The notes beneath the pieces were generated by a model, which saw only the letters and a list, made by a program, of their open reading frames with translations, ran no database searches and had not been told where the DNA came from. From assembly GCA_963828195.1 (NCBI GenBank), contig CAWHDT010000005.1, positions 128,001 to 192,000 on the forward strand: a DNA stretch of 64,000 bases, in the 5' to 3' direction. Numbering within the stretch: position 1 is the stretch's first letter; the number at the start of each line of letters is the position of its first letter. The translations under genes and the position numbers were made by a program. Source of the stretch: Candidatus Bathyarchaeota archaeon (lineage in GTDB: Archaea; Thermoproteota; Bathyarchaeia; Bathyarchaeales; Bathycorpusculaceae). This document shows, piece by piece, positions 28,918 through 39,812 of this stretch.

Positions 28918-29058
28918 ACTGGTTGAATGACTAAAAACCCAAATTTCAAATTCCTAACCAAACAAACTATGATGCCAAGTTAAAGTATAAACAGTATTCT
29001 TAATTGAAAAAAATTAAATGAAAAAGTCTTGGGGAAAAAATTCCCCGTTTTTGCTTGC

Positions 29059-31293
29059 CTAAATTAGGTGCAACAGGTTTATGAACAGCGGAATGAAAAC
29101 GATTGACAACGTGCTGAGCAGTTTTATGAGTACGTGAAGGCTTGGTCCCGCGGTGTCTTTGAGTGGGTCGCCGACTGTGTCGCCTACTACTGCCGCTGCA
29201 TGTGCTTGTGAGCCTTTACCGCCGTACTTGCCTGTTTCAATGAATTTCTTCGCGTTGTCCCATGCGCCTCCGCCAGTGTTAAAGAACAATGCCAATGGAA
29301 CGGCCGAGATGGTTGCACCGATTACAAAAGCGCCTACAGCTATAGGCCCTAACAGGACACCGACTATGATTGGAAAAACCACAAGGATCACTCCCGGAAG
29401 CACCATGCCTTTTAAAGCGGCTTTTGTGCTGATGTCTACTGCTTTTCCATATTCGGGTTTGCCTGTTCCCTCCATGATGCCTGGGATTTCTCTGAATTGT
29501 CGTCTGACTTCTTCCACCATCTCTGCTGCCGCTTTTCCGACGGCGCTAATGGCCTGCGAGCTGAAGAAGAATGGCAGCATTGCACCGAGGATGCCTGCAA
29601 TGAGGACTGCTGGGTTTGAAATATCCACCACAAAGGGTTGACCTGTTCGCGCTGAAACCTCGGAAGCATAGGTTTGAAACAGTAGTTGTGCCGCAAGTAA
29701 GGCTGAGCCAAGTGCAAAGCCTTTTGTTAGCGCTTTGGTAGTGTTTCCGACTGCGTCGAGTGCTTCCATGGTAGCTTCAGCACCGCCTTCACCTGACATT
29801 TGTGCGATTCCAGCTGCGTTGTCAGCGATCGGGCCGAAACCGTCAAGTGCTAAGACCATACCCATGACAGCGAGCATACCCATCGTAGCTAAAGTGGTTC
29901 CATATATTCCGCCAAGAATTGGTCCCGAAACCAATACTACACCAGCAGGGCTGAGAATAGCTGGAACGTGCGCCAAGATGGCAAATTGTGTGCCAAAGTA
30001 GAATGAAGCGATAAGTGCGATTACAAGTGAGATTATTGGCAAAGCGGTTGTTTCGAGTCCTACCGCGAATCCTGTAATTATGTTTGTTGCGGCGCCTGTT
30101 TGGCTGGCTTTAGCTATGCGCCCGACTGGACCGCGGTCGCTTCCAGTGTAGTAGTCGGTGATGTAGTCGATTGATACGCTTGCGCCTAAGCCGGCGAGTA
30201 AGCAGAAGTACAGATAGAGATACGCAAGTGAGAAGCTGCCGTTTCCTAATAGAAAGATTGTTGCGAACAGGAATAGAATGCCTGATACTATGGTAGTTAC
30301 CAGGAGGCCTTTTCTCAGGGCTTTCATCGGATGTTTGGCTTCTGCCTCATTAAGCTTTACGAAGGGCATGCCGACCAATGTTGCAAAGATGCCTAAAGCG
30401 CGTGCGATAAGCGGGAAAACTAAGAATATTAGGTTACCAGTGGCTATGCTGATTAAGCCGCCGATAATCATTCCGCCGATGTTTTCCCCCGTGGCTGATT
30501 CGAACAAGTCTGCGCCTCTTCCAGCAGAATCACCAACGTTATCGCCAACGTTATCAGCAATGACTGCGGGGTTGCGTGCGTCATCTTCGGGTATGCCTGC
30601 TTCAACTTTACCTACAAGGTCTGCACCTACATCTGCCGCTTTAGTGTAAATTCCGCCACCGAGCTGAGCAAACAAAGCGATTAATGAGGCACCGAAACCC
30701 ATACCAACTATACCGCTTAATGAGAAGTTTCTGATGTCCGTCGCAGCGATAGCCGGAGCAAGATGGTTAAATAAGATGTTGTAGCCGCCATAAAGCAGGA
30801 ATAAAAAGCTTACACCTAAAAGAGATAAACCGACAACAGCCATACCCATCGTAGCACCACCATAAAAGGCCGTTTTAAGGGCTTTTTCAGCGCCGTCTTT
30901 TGCTGCCGCCACCGTGCGAACGTTCGCTTTAGTGGCGTTGTCCATGGCTATGTAGCCAGCAGCCAACGAAGCGACTGCGCCTACCAAGAAGGCTGCAGCA
31001 GTTTCGATGCCAAATGGACCGCTGGGCAAAGCAACCCACAGCAGAACAAACACAACTACAGTAATTACTCCAATTGTTTTGTACTGACGTTTTAGGAAAG
31101 CGTATGCGCCTTCCCGAATAGCGTTTCCCACTTCAACTGCTTTCGGACCTCCAGGGCTCATTTTGCCAATGTGCCGCATAAGCAAAAGCGAAGCGATTAT
31201 CGCTATTACTCCAGCTATAGGAGCGATCCAAAAAAAGTCTGGGTTAGCTGAATTATTTGTTAATGTTGCAAGTGCTTGTAAGGGTATGAACAT
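29059..31293 (-). CDS. hppA: Membrane-bound pyrophosphatase, K+-independent H+-PPase type
   Basis: GGGIYTKAADVGADLVGKVE; DNVGDNVGD; GNTTKA (Lys marks K+-independence). Start placed at ATG 31293 because a TATA box lies at ~31319-31326. Confidence 0.95.
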   Translation of the reverse strand: MFIPLQALATLTNNSANPDFFWIAPIAGVIAIIASLLLMRHIGKMSPGGPKAVEVGNAIREGAYAFLKRQYKTIGVITVVVFVLLWVALPSGPFGIETAAAFLVGAVASLAAGYIAMDNATKANVRTVAAAKDGAEKALKTAFYGGATMGMAVVGLSLLGVSFLFLLYGGYNILFNHLAPAIAATDIRNFSLSGIVGMGFGASLIALFAQLGGGIYTKAADVGADLVGKVEAGIPEDDARNPAVIADNVGDNVGDSAGRGADLFESATGENIGGMIIGGLISIATGNLIFLVFPLIARALGIFATLVGMPFVKLNEAEAKHPMKALRKGLLVTTIVSGILFLFATIFLLGNGSFSLAYLYLYFCLLAGLGASVSIDYITDYYTGSDRGPVGRIAKASQTGAATNIITGFAVGLETTALPIISLVIALIASFYFGTQFAILAHVPAILSPAGVVLVSGPILGGIYGTTLATMGMLAVMGMVLALDGFGPIADNAAGIAQMSGEGGAEATMEALDAVGNTTKALTKGFALGSALLAAQLLFQTYASEVSARTGQPFVVDISNPAVLIAGILGAMLPFFFSSQAISAVGKAAAEMVEEVRRQFREIPGIMEGTGKPEYGKAVDISTKAALKGMVLPGVILVVFPIIVGVLLGPIAVGAFVIGATISAVPLALFFNTGGGAWDNAKKFIETGKYGGKGSQAHAAAVVGDTVGDPLKDTAGPSLHVLIKLLSTLSIVFIPLFINLLHLI

Positions 31294-31463
31294 GTTCAAT
31301 AAGCCATGCCCAATTTCCTTATATATTTTTCTAACAGAATTAGGCAATGACATCTGTAAATCAGGAATTTATATGAAACAAAAAATGTTATCAACCAAAA
31401 TTGGTTGCATTTTTAAGGAAGTTTCGAACATAACTCAATAAGTCTGCGCTTTGAAGTGATTAA

Positions 31464-32594
31464 GTGATGCTTTCAAGATTAATCGTTGTTAAGGTTGGCA
31501 CAAGCGGCATAACGACCAGCGAAGGGAACCTTGACGAAGAAGAAATGAAGAAATTAACCAGTGAAATAGCGGCAGCAACCGTGCAGGGAGATAAAGTGGT
31601 TCTGGTGACTTCAGGCGCAGTGGCGGCGGGGATAGCTGAATTGGGCATACCTCCGAAACCTAATGATGTGGTTTTTCAACAGGCTGCGGCTGCAACGGGG
31701 CAAAGTGTCCTTATGGCTAAATACCGTGAACTCTTCAAGGCTCATAACCAAAAAGTTGCGCAAATCTTGCTTACCGCAGAAGACCTTTCCAATCGGGCAT
31801 CGTACTTACACACCTGTAACGTGCTAAGAATGCTGCTGAAAACAGGTGTCATTCCAATAATTAACGAAAACAACGTAACCTCGGTGGATGAGCTTAGACA
31901 AAAGGAAGGCTACAAAGTGAACTTCAGCGACAATGACATTCTTTCGGTTCTTGTCGCTAGCGCAATCGGCGCAGACCTAATTGTGATTTTGTCAGATGTT
32001 GACGGCTTATACACCGCCGACCCCAAAGAACCAAATGCACAATTGATAAAAGCCGTGGAAGCCATAACTCCTGAACTGAAAAATTCGCTTAGTGGAAAGA
32101 GTAAGTTGGGCAGGGGTGGAATTCAAAGCAAAATTAAAGCCGCGGAAATTGCCACTTCATGCGGAATCCCAGTGGTTATTGCAAACAGCAGAAGAGAAAA
32201 CGTGTTACTTGACGTTCTGGCTGGAAAGGACGTGGGCACATTCTTTAAGCCCCAGAATCCAATGCCCGCGGTGGAACGCTGGATTGCTTATGGAGCCGCA
32301 GTTAAGGGGCAAATCCAGGTTAATGAAGGCGCCAAGAAAGCCATACTTGAAGGTTCAAGCCTCTTGCCCGTTGGCATAACGAGGGTTGTAGGTCACTTTA
32401 ACGTCGGAGATGTAGTCAGCATCATCGATGAAAACAGGGTTGAGTTTGCGAAGGGCAACCCCAATTACACGAGCGGCGAGTTAAACCTGATTAAAGGATT
32501 ACAGGCAACCGAAGTCCACAGTCACCTCGGCAAAGATAAGCCTAAAGAGGTAATCGAGCATAGAAACATACACCTAATCGAGGAAGAAAAATGA
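31464..32594 (+). CDS. proB: Glutamate 5-kinase with PUA domain
   Basis: IVVKVGTS; VTSGAV; PIINEN; FSDND; C-terminal PUA domain. Confidence 0.95.
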   Translation: MMLSRLIVVKVGTSGITTSEGNLDEEEMKKLTSEIAAATVQGDKVVLVTSGAVAAGIAELGIPPKPNDVVFQQAAAATGQSVLMAKYRELFKAHNQKVAQILLTAEDLSNRASYLHTCNVLRMLLKTGVIPIINENNVTSVDELRQKEGYKVNFSDNDILSVLVASAIGADLIVILSDVDGLYTADPKEPNAQLIKAVEAITPELKNSLSGKSKLGRGGIQSKIKAAEIATSCGIPVVIANSRRENVLLDVLAGKDVGTFFKPQNPMPAVERWIAYGAAVKGQIQVNEGAKKAILEGSSLLPVGITRVVGHFNVGDVVSIIDENRVEFAKGNPNYTSGELNLIKGLQATEVHSHLGKDKPKEVIEHRNIHLIEEEK

Positions 32595-33832
32595 TAGTTG
32601 AAATATGCCAGAAAGCAAAAGCCGCCTCAGTTGAAATGGCGAAGCTTTCAGCAGAAGCCAAAAACACGGCGCTATGCAGAATGGCAAGCGCTCTTGAAGC
32701 GAATGCAGAGAAGATTTTGGCTGCCAACAAGGTTGACGTGGAAGCTGCTAAAGCAAAGGGGGTTAAGGCGGCAATGCTTGACCGTTTGGCTCTTGACAAA
32801 AAGAAAATTCAAGCGATGGCTAGTGACATGCGGGAAGTTTCAGCCCTACCTGACCCTATCGGCACAATCTTAAGCACTTGGAAACGCCCCAACGGCTTGA
32901 TAATCAGTCAAGTCCGCGTGCCCTTAGGCGTTGTAGGTGTAATTTATGAATCGCGACCTAACGTAACCTCCGATTCTGCAGGCATCTGCGTCAAATCTGG
33001 GAACGCAGTTATCCTAAGGGGCGGTTCAGACTCGTTAAACTCGAACGTGGCCATCGGCGATGTGCTGCGGGATGCTTTGACTGCGACAGCCGTGCCAGTT
33101 GATGCGGTTCAAGTGGTGAATTCTCCTGACCGCAAAGTTGCTGAAGAACTGATGCGCATGCGTCAGTACATTGATGTGCTTATTCCTCGTGGAGGAGCCG
33201 ACTTAATCAAAACTGTGGTTGAGACTTCGCGCATCCCCGTTATTGAAACCGGAACGGGCAACTGCCACATCTACGTTGAAGAAGACGCAGACTTGGAAAA
33301 AGCGACGCCTATAGTGATAAACGCTAAGTGCCAGAGACCGGGAACCTGCAACGCCGCAGAAAAACTTTTAGTTCACAGCAAAATCGCACGGCGTTACCTG
33401 CCCGTTGTGATTGCTGCTCTTAGAAAGGAGGGCGTGGAAGTTAGGGGTGACGAAGAAACCCAAAAGATTGTTGCGGACGTGAAGGCGGCAACTGAACAGG
33501 ACTGGTTCACCGAATACTCAGACTTAATCATAGGCGTAAAGGTTGTGAAAAACCTAGACGAAGCCATAGCTCACATTAACAAGTACGGCACCAAACACTC
33601 AGACGCCATCCTCACCGCCGACTTCGACAAAGCCATGCGTTTCATACATGAAGTCGATTCAGCCGCAGTCTACTGGAACGCATCCACGCGGTTCACTGAC
33701 GGCAACCAGTTTGGATTAGGCGCGGAAATAGGCATCAGCACCCAGAAGCTTCATGCAAGAGGACCTATGAGCGTACAGCACCTGACGACGACAAAATACG
33801 TTGTTTTAGGCAGCGGGCAAATAAGAAAATAA
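32591..33832 (+). CDS. proA: Gamma-glutamyl phosphate reductase
   Basis: VPLGVVGVIYESRPNVT; NASTRFTDG; GAEIGISTQKLHARGP. Confidence 0.97.
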   Translation: MIVEICQKAKAASVEMAKLSAEAKNTALCRMASALEANAEKILAANKVDVEAAKAKGVKAAMLDRLALDKKKIQAMASDMREVSALPDPIGTILSTWKRPNGLIISQVRVPLGVVGVIYESRPNVTSDSAGICVKSGNAVILRGGSDSLNSNVAIGDVLRDALTATAVPVDAVQVVNSPDRKVAEELMRMRQYIDVLIPRGGADLIKTVVETSRIPVIETGTGNCHIYVEEDADLEKATPIVINAKCQRPGTCNAAEKLLVHSKIARRYLPVVIAALRKEGVEVRGDEETQKIVADVKAATEQDWFTEYSDLIIGVKVVKNLDEAIAHINKYGTKHSDAILTADFDKAMRFIHEVDSAAVYWNASTRFTDGNQFGLGAEIGISTQKLHARGPMSVQHLTTTKYVVLGSGQIRK

Positions 33833-34104
33833 AAGTGAACTTTTCGGTGGTAAAGCGCCCTAAAACGGCGCTATTTTTAATCTTGCCATGATGTATTAAT
33901 AATGGTTTAAATAGAAAATTCCAAAAAGTTCCCTTGCACTTAAGGCAACTAATGAAGAAAAAAGCTTTCAGCCTATTGATAGTTTAGATTGAAAATTAAA
34001 AATCGGGTTTTTCGGGTGGCTGGTTTTAACTTATTCTTTCAATCACTCTTTTATATTTAATTTCTTAAGGGGGTAACAATTAACTGAATTAGGAGAACGA
34101 TAAC

Positions 34105-34755
34105 TTGGTTAATCGATTCTTAGGTAAATGGAAAGCGAAAGAAGAACAACCATCTATCACATCGAAAATTAAAGAAATAGGCAAGCCTCAGCAAGGTGTA
34201 AAAGAACAAATCGGTTTTGTAACAAACCGCATTGATAATCAAACCCAGAGCTTGGATTTGGCGGTGAAACGTTTTGAAACTCGCGACGCCGCTATTTTCC
34301 AGCGTGTTGTGAAAGCCATGGCGGATAGGGATCAGGCGCGTGCAAACATCTATGCCACCGAACTGGGGGAAATTCGCAAAGTTGAGAAAATGTTGACGCA
34401 AGCGTCAATTGCTTTGGAAAGCGTCTCGATGCGCCTTAAAACTGTTTCAGAGGTCGGGGATTTAGTTGCGGTCTTGGCTCCAGCAGCGAGTGTACTGAAC
34501 AACATTCGCGATGGGATGTGTACTGTTTTGCCGCAGGCAAGCCAGGAACTTGAAAGCATCGGAAGCCTGCTTGGAGACATTTGCACTCAAACTAGCCAAT
34601 CGTCAGAGTCGCCAGTAAATCTTGGTGCAGCAAACGAGGATGCATTAGCAATCTTGCGGGAAGCGGAGGTAGCTGCCGAGAAGAGGCTAAGCGACCAATT
34701 TCCCGAAGTAGCGACTGGGGCTGCTCAGAGAAAAAGGACAAGCCTTGAAGCTTAG
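34105..34755 (+). CDS. ESCRT-III/Snf7 (CdvB-like) protein
   Basis: RANIYATELGEIRK..ALESVSMRL.T..EVGDL...LAPA; NEDALAILREA. Confidence 0.85.
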   Translation: MVNRFLGKWKAKEEQPSITSKIKEIGKPQQGVKEQIGFVTNRIDNQTQSLDLAVKRFETRDAAIFQRVVKAMADRDQARANIYATELGEIRKVEKMLTQASIALESVSMRLKTVSEVGDLVAVLAPAASVLNNIRDGMCTVLPQASQELESIGSLLGDICTQTSQSSESPVNLGAANEDALAILREAEVAAEKRLSDQFPEVATGAAQRKRTSLEA

Positions 34756-34871
34756 CAGCATAGAATTTGAAGCGGTGCAAAGACTCTACTTCACTATTTT
34801 TTCTTTTTTTGTTTTTGGCGTTTGTTTGTTCTGCAGCTTCCGTAACATTGCCTTAGGCGCAATAATTTTTC

Positions 34872-35062
34872 TTAAATTTTGAAAGAACAACAACGCTTGG
34901 GGAGCAACTGTTGTTCTTCTATTGAATCCAGATTTAAGGCAGCAATCTAAAAAATAAAATTAAAAGAAGAAGAAGCCTAAAAAAACAATTTTTCTTCTTC
35001 TTCCTGTTGCTTTTTGCAGTTCAGTTTTTGCACAAATAGCAGGTATCCTCTTAGGTAGGCTG
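34872..35062 (-). repeat. Dispersed non-coding double-hairpin element, copy 2 (inverted)
   Basis: Reverse complement reproduces all motifs of 15735-15905 in order. Confidence 0.8.
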
Positions 35063-35393
35063 GTGTCTGCTACAGTTTACAAAATAGTCTGCCAGATGGC
35101 CCAAATTAGACGCTAAACGTGATTCAACATAGTTCAACCTATGAAAGGGGTGTGCATTCTCAACTTTAAGCTGTGTTTTTCTCTGCGGAAACGTTGGTTT
35201 ATTAATGGTGTTGTTTGGAGTTCTGGAACTTATGATAAACCGCTAAAAGCATGGGAAAGTATGCATTAGCGGTGTGCAATAAGCATGTATAAGTGTTCAT
35301 TAAGGGTTTAACTCCGGGCGCACGCTTAGTATAAAATCTTTAACTGTCCATATCTTTTCTATCTCAAAGAAAAAGTTGAACGCCCAACGCCGC

Positions 35394-36026
35394 CTATATT
35401 GCAGGCTCTGCGCTGATCTCTAGTGTCTGAAGCTGAAAACCTGTAATTTCCTCGTGACTATAAACACCCAAATAAATAGAAAGGGCTCCAGTATCTCCAA
35501 AATTTAGCCAAACATCGGACGCAGAAGGGGGAGGAAACCCAATTTCTATCAAATCAGTTGAGTTGACCACGTTGTTTCCACTGAATAATCCCGCCGTCAT
35601 GTAAACATAAGTTCCATTAAAGCCGTACCAATCGTTTGGTGACGGGTTCTGTGCTGAATAATCGTTGCGGAGTGTAACGTTGATGACAACACATGGTTCG
35701 TCGTGCCTGACAATCCAACCTCCCCCAAGTGTCCCGTTTGGAAGTTGATATTCGTCTGTTTGATAAGTGTCATATGGGTAAGAACTAGCTCTGATGTTTA
35801 CAGAAACTACGAAGATTTTGCTAGTGTTCCCTTCAAAAGGCAGATAATAGCCTGTGGCTGGTTGGATTGGACCGATAGAGGGCTTTACAACTTTTAAAAT
35901 CGATTCGTCGGTTTTTACAATTGTTAAAGACGATTCGTCAGTTCTCAGCACATAAATAGTTGCTCCCACCGCAACGGCTATGATTGCCGCGAGGAGCATT
36001 GCAAGGGCTTTTCTCCGAGTATCCAT
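35394..36026 (-). CDS. Membrane-anchored hypothetical protein
   Basis: N-terminal TM helix, beta-rich ectodomain (CVVINVTLRNDY). Confidence 0.7.
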   Translation of the reverse strand: MDTRRKALAMLLAAIIAVAVGATIYVLRTDESSLTIVKTDESILKVVKPSIGPIQPATGYYLPFEGNTSKIFVVSVNIRASSYPYDTYQTDEYQLPNGTLGGGWIVRHDEPCVVINVTLRNDYSAQNPSPNDWYGFNGTYVYMTAGLFSGNNVVNSTDLIEIGFPPPSASDVWLNFGDTGALSIYLGVYSHEEITGFQLQTLEISAEPAI

Positions 36027-36420
36027 GGATAATGCTCACCGGTCCCAAAAAGTGCAATCAGAAATTTTTCTTGTTTTCATTCTAGTTCCATGCGCTAAAT
36101 TGGTTGTTTTCCTGTTTGTTATGTTTAGGGATATAAAATTTACTATTTTGAGCCACAAATTTTGGTCGCTCGCGCTAGTTCAAACGGATACAGTTTTAGA
36201 GCCTACGGTGCAAGCCGTTTAGGAATATAAAAAAAGATGACCTAATTTTAAAAAATCAGTGCTGACGTGGCTACGAATCCATAACTTAAATTGGAAGTGC
36301 GCAACAAGGATATTCTGGAGTTTTGTTGAACAGGTGTGAAAGCAGTGGGTGAAACGTGCACAGTTTATTAATGTCGTATGACTTACGATTCAAAACAGAA
36401 TACTTGGGGGTAGTAAAAAA

Positions 36421-36561
36421 ATGAGTATGATGAAAACAATACTCGCAAGCGACGGCGTAATAATCGAAGAAAGACAAATTGCTCGATTGCAGAAAGAAAT
36501 CGAATACATGAACGACGAACTTCAATACAGGCAAGCCAAACTCAAAAAACTAAAAAAGTAA
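36421..36561 (+). CDS. 46-aa coiled-coil microprotein
   Basis: MSMMKTILASDGVIIEERQIARLQKEIEYMNDELQYRQAKLKKLKK; GGGGG SD-like run upstream and a T-rich tract downstream. Confidence 0.5.
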   Translation: MSMMKTILASDGVIIEERQIARLQKEIEYMNDELQYRQAKLKKLKK

Positions 36562-36736
36562 CCGCAAAAAACGGGCAACTACAATTCCCAATTCCCTTAT
36601 TTTCCTTTTATCCAGCACCTCAACGGTTCAGTTTTCGGCAGCAACCAAGACAAGCTTAGGCATTTTTGGCAATCTTTTCGGGTTTGAACACTAAAAGAAA
36701 ATGAAAAGATTGTTTTGGTTAGAGACGCTTGCTTTT

Positions 36737-38245
36737 TTACACCGTGGGCAGATTCGGGATGATTTGTTGAAGTTGATGTACAACCGGGTGGATTAGGTTT
36801 AGCACGATGCTCGGGAACAAGCCCAGTATTATCAGTGATCCGGCTAGGATGAAGATTGGAATAAGTATTCGTTTTGGCTCTTTTATCGGTGTTTCGTCTT
36901 TTGCGTTCTTTCCGTACATGACATAGATTAGCCTGAACAAGTAAGCAGTTTGCAGAACACTTGTCAAAACTCCAATAACTGCTAGCCAGCTTAGGTTTGC
37001 TTCTATCGCCGCAGTGAAAACCAAATATTTACCTATAAATCCCCCTAGAGGCGGAACACCCGCAAATGATAGCCCAGCTATCACTAAGGCTAAGCATACA
37101 AGCGGCATTTTCTTTCCTAAGCCTGAGAAGTCATCCATGCTTTTGAATCCGTGACTGTTTATGATCCCGATTGCCATGAAGGCGAGGGCTGTGGTTATGC
37201 CGCCGATTAAGAAGAAGTAGAGGTTGCCAAGCAAGCCAGTAGCGGTTACGCTTGATATTGCAACAAGGTTGTAGCCGACGTCTGCAACGCAGATATACGC
37301 CATTAAACGTTTAACGTCATTTTGTATCAGGGCGAACAGGTTGCCGACAATCATGGTGACCGCTGCTAAAACTGCTAGCATGATAGTCCAGTTTACGGTT
37401 GAGGGAAGTAAAACGTACAGGAGAACTCGTATGAGTATGTAGTAGCTGCCCTGGTCAATGAGGGCGGAGAGGAAGGCTGCTGATGGTGCGGGAGCTGCGG
37501 TGTAAGCGTCAGGTAACCAGAAATGGAAGGGCACAATTGCCGCTTCAATCGCGTAGCCGGCTGCTATGAATATGAAGGCTATGATAAGCAAGTGATTATT
37601 GCTCATAGTTGTTAAAGCCGACCCAACCCCCAAGTAGTTGAGGGTCCCCGTTAAACCGTAGACAATTGACATCCCAAGCATAACGAATGCTGAAGCGATG
37701 ATGACCATGATAAGATATTTCAGTGTGGCATTGATTGAAAACGCGTTTTTCTTAAACAGCATCAGGAAAGCTGCGCCTGCCGTTGCTATTTCCCAGAATA
37801 TGAAAAGCGTTAGCAGGTCGCCTGCAAGAACAGCGCCAAGTACGCCCGCGGTAGTCATCAGCATTATGGCGAAGTATCGTTCTGAGGGCCTGTCGTTTGA
37901 GCCAACGGAGAACACGGTGTAGGTTACAACTACGGCGCTAAGAGCCACTATGATTATTGACATGTAAATGGAGATGGCGTCTACCAGGAAGGCGCTTGAG
38001 AAAATTGATGAAGTAGTCCCGCTTAAGCCCAAAGTGACAATGCTCGGTGAGGGGACGCTGTAATAGCTTAGAGCTAAGTTAGCTACCCACAAACCTGTAA
38101 TTGCGAATACAGCTAAGAACCAGCCCAGGGTTAAGGCGGTCTTGTGATTGCTGTTTCTTATCAGCTTAAACACGGGGATAGTTAACAATGCTGCAATAGC
38201 AAGAGTGAATATGGGTAAGAGGACATCTATTGTTTCAATCATCAA
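36737..38245 (-). CDS. nuoN: Complex I-like antiporter subunit (NuoN-like)
   Basis: LFIFWE; PFHFWLPDAY; AGVPPLGGFIGK; last gene in the A-B-CD-H-I-J-K-L-M-N order. Confidence 0.8.
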   Translation of the reverse strand: MMIETIDVLLPIFTLAIAALLTIPVFKLIRNSNHKTALTLGWFLAVFAITGLWVANLALSYYSVPSPSIVTLGLSGTTSSIFSSAFLVDAISIYMSIIIVALSAVVVTYTVFSVGSNDRPSERYFAIMLMTTAGVLGAVLAGDLLTLFIFWEIATAGAAFLMLFKKNAFSINATLKYLIMVIIASAFVMLGMSIVYGLTGTLNYLGVGSALTTMSNNHLLIIAFIFIAAGYAIEAAIVPFHFWLPDAYTAAPAPSAAFLSALIDQGSYYILIRVLLYVLLPSTVNWTIMLAVLAAVTMIVGNLFALIQNDVKRLMAYICVADVGYNLVAISSVTATGLLGNLYFFLIGGITTALAFMAIGIINSHGFKSMDDFSGLGKKMPLVCLALVIAGLSFAGVPPLGGFIGKYLVFTAAIEANLSWLAVIGVLTSVLQTAYLFRLIYVMYGKNAKDETPIKEPKRILIPIFILAGSLIILGLFPSIVLNLIHPVVHQLQQIIPNLPTV

Positions 38246-38254
38246 AGTTCACCT

Positions 38255-39808
38255 TTAGGTAATCGGACCGAACCTCACTGTTTGAATTAGATTTATGAAG
38301 AATGTCGGGTAGATCCCAACAAGAATAATCAGCACCACCAAGATAGCAAAGGATAGTTTCATGTAGTTTGAAACCTCAAAAGTCTTCTTCTCCTCGGCAC
38401 CTTCCGCGATTTCTTCACCCTCTTCGCCTTTGGGTAGACCTAGGAAAACTTTTGAAGTGAATCTCAGCATGTAAGCAAGCGAAATTACTGTAGCAATGAG
38501 CATAAGCGCAGTTGGTATAATGTAAAATGAGTCCACGTGGATAACTTGGAAGGCCCCGACAAATATTAGAAATTCGCTGATGAAGCACGCAAACGGCGGC
38601 GCTCCGCCAATACTTAATGCAGCTATGATTGAGGAAACCGCTGTGAACGGCATCTTGGAGGCTAATCCACCCATTTTGCGGATATCACGTTTTTCTGTTT
38701 GATGCATCACTCCGCCTGCGCCAAGGAAGAGAAGGCCCTTGCTTAAGGCGTGGCTGACAATATGCAGGACGGTTCCAGTTATTGCGAGGGATGAGACTAA
38801 GATGACGGCTGCTCCTGCTGCGACGTTTGATGGGAAGAGGGATAGCCCAAACATGATGTAGCCCATGTGGGCGATGCTTGAGTAGGCGATGAGCCGTTTT
38901 ATGTCAGTTGCAACTAACGCTATTAAAGAGCCAAAGAAAGCTGAAAGTACACCGATAATCGCTAAGGCATGCAAAAAGTCTGTTCCAAATGTTATTCCAA
39001 CGGAGGGGAAAACCATTCCCAGTGAAAGACGGAGAATTGCGTAAGCTCCCGCGCTGATAATGACACCGCTTAAGAGCGCTGACATTGGTGCTGGAGCTTC
39101 GCCGTGTGCGTCAGGCAGCCACATGTGGACGGGTATGACAGCCATTTTAACGGCGAACCCAGCGGTTAAGGCTATGATAATCCACTGGGCAATACCTACA
39201 TGCCCAAGTAAAGCTGTTTGTGCACTAAATATGTCGGTGGTTCCCGTTGTGAAGTAGATTGCGCCTATGCCTAAGAGTACGAAGACGGCTCCTGCATGGG
39301 TGTATATGAAGAATTTTAATGCTTGCTTGTATGAATCTTTGTAGCCCCATTCGCCTATGATGAAGAACGCTGGAACAAGCATTAGTTCCCAGCAGAAGTA
39401 GAACAAGATCAGGTTAGATGTTAAGAAGACCCCGACTAGACCAACTGAGAGCAGGCATAGCAATGCATAGTAAACGGGCAGATGCTTTTTTCCAGCCATG
39501 TAAGATATTGAGAAAATTGAGGCTACCACCATCAGAATTAGGCTCACAAGGGCGATGGAAACGCTTATGCCGTCTGCGAAAAGTGTAAATGAAGTATTTA
39601 TAACGGGTATCCATGTGTGGGGCTCAACGTACTGGTGAGATGAACTGTTAAGAATTGTTGGAACAGTCGTTAAGAGCAGCGCTATGTTAACCATGGCAAT
39701 GAGGGCAACAAATATTGCTGCAGCTTTCGGCGATTTTCTCCCTGTCAAGTAAACAAATGGAATGCTTAGAGTTGGAATCGCAAACACTGCTAGAAGAGTA
39801 AACGTCAT
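38255..39808 (-). CDS. nuoM: Complex I-like antiporter subunit (NuoM-like)
   Basis: FYFCWELMLVP; HMWLPDAHGEAP; IAYSSIAHMG; FISEF. Confidence 0.85.
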   Translation of the reverse strand: MTFTLLAVFAIPTLSIPFVYLTGRKSPKAAAIFVALIAMVNIALLLTTVPTILNSSSHQYVEPHTWIPVINTSFTLFADGISVSIALVSLILMVVASIFSISYMAGKKHLPVYYALLCLLSVGLVGVFLTSNLILFYFCWELMLVPAFFIIGEWGYKDSYKQALKFFIYTHAGAVFVLLGIGAIYFTTGTTDIFSAQTALLGHVGIAQWIIIALTAGFAVKMAVIPVHMWLPDAHGEAPAPMSALLSGVIISAGAYAILRLSLGMVFPSVGITFGTDFLHALAIIGVLSAFFGSLIALVATDIKRLIAYSSIAHMGYIMFGLSLFPSNVAAGAAVILVSSLAITGTVLHIVSHALSKGLLFLGAGGVMHQTEKRDIRKMGGLASKMPFTAVSSIIAALSIGGAPPFACFISEFLIFVGAFQVIHVDSFYIIPTALMLIATVISLAYMLRFTSKVFLGLPKGEEGEEIAEGAEEKKTFEVSNYMKLSFAILVVLIILVGIYPTFFINLIQTVRFGPIT

Positions 39809-39812
39809 TTCA

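Noticed and set aside
29153-30649. Long antisense ORFs over hppA (similarly over the hydrogenase and P-type ATPase genes)
   Set aside because: Shadow frames of well-supported genes on the opposite strand
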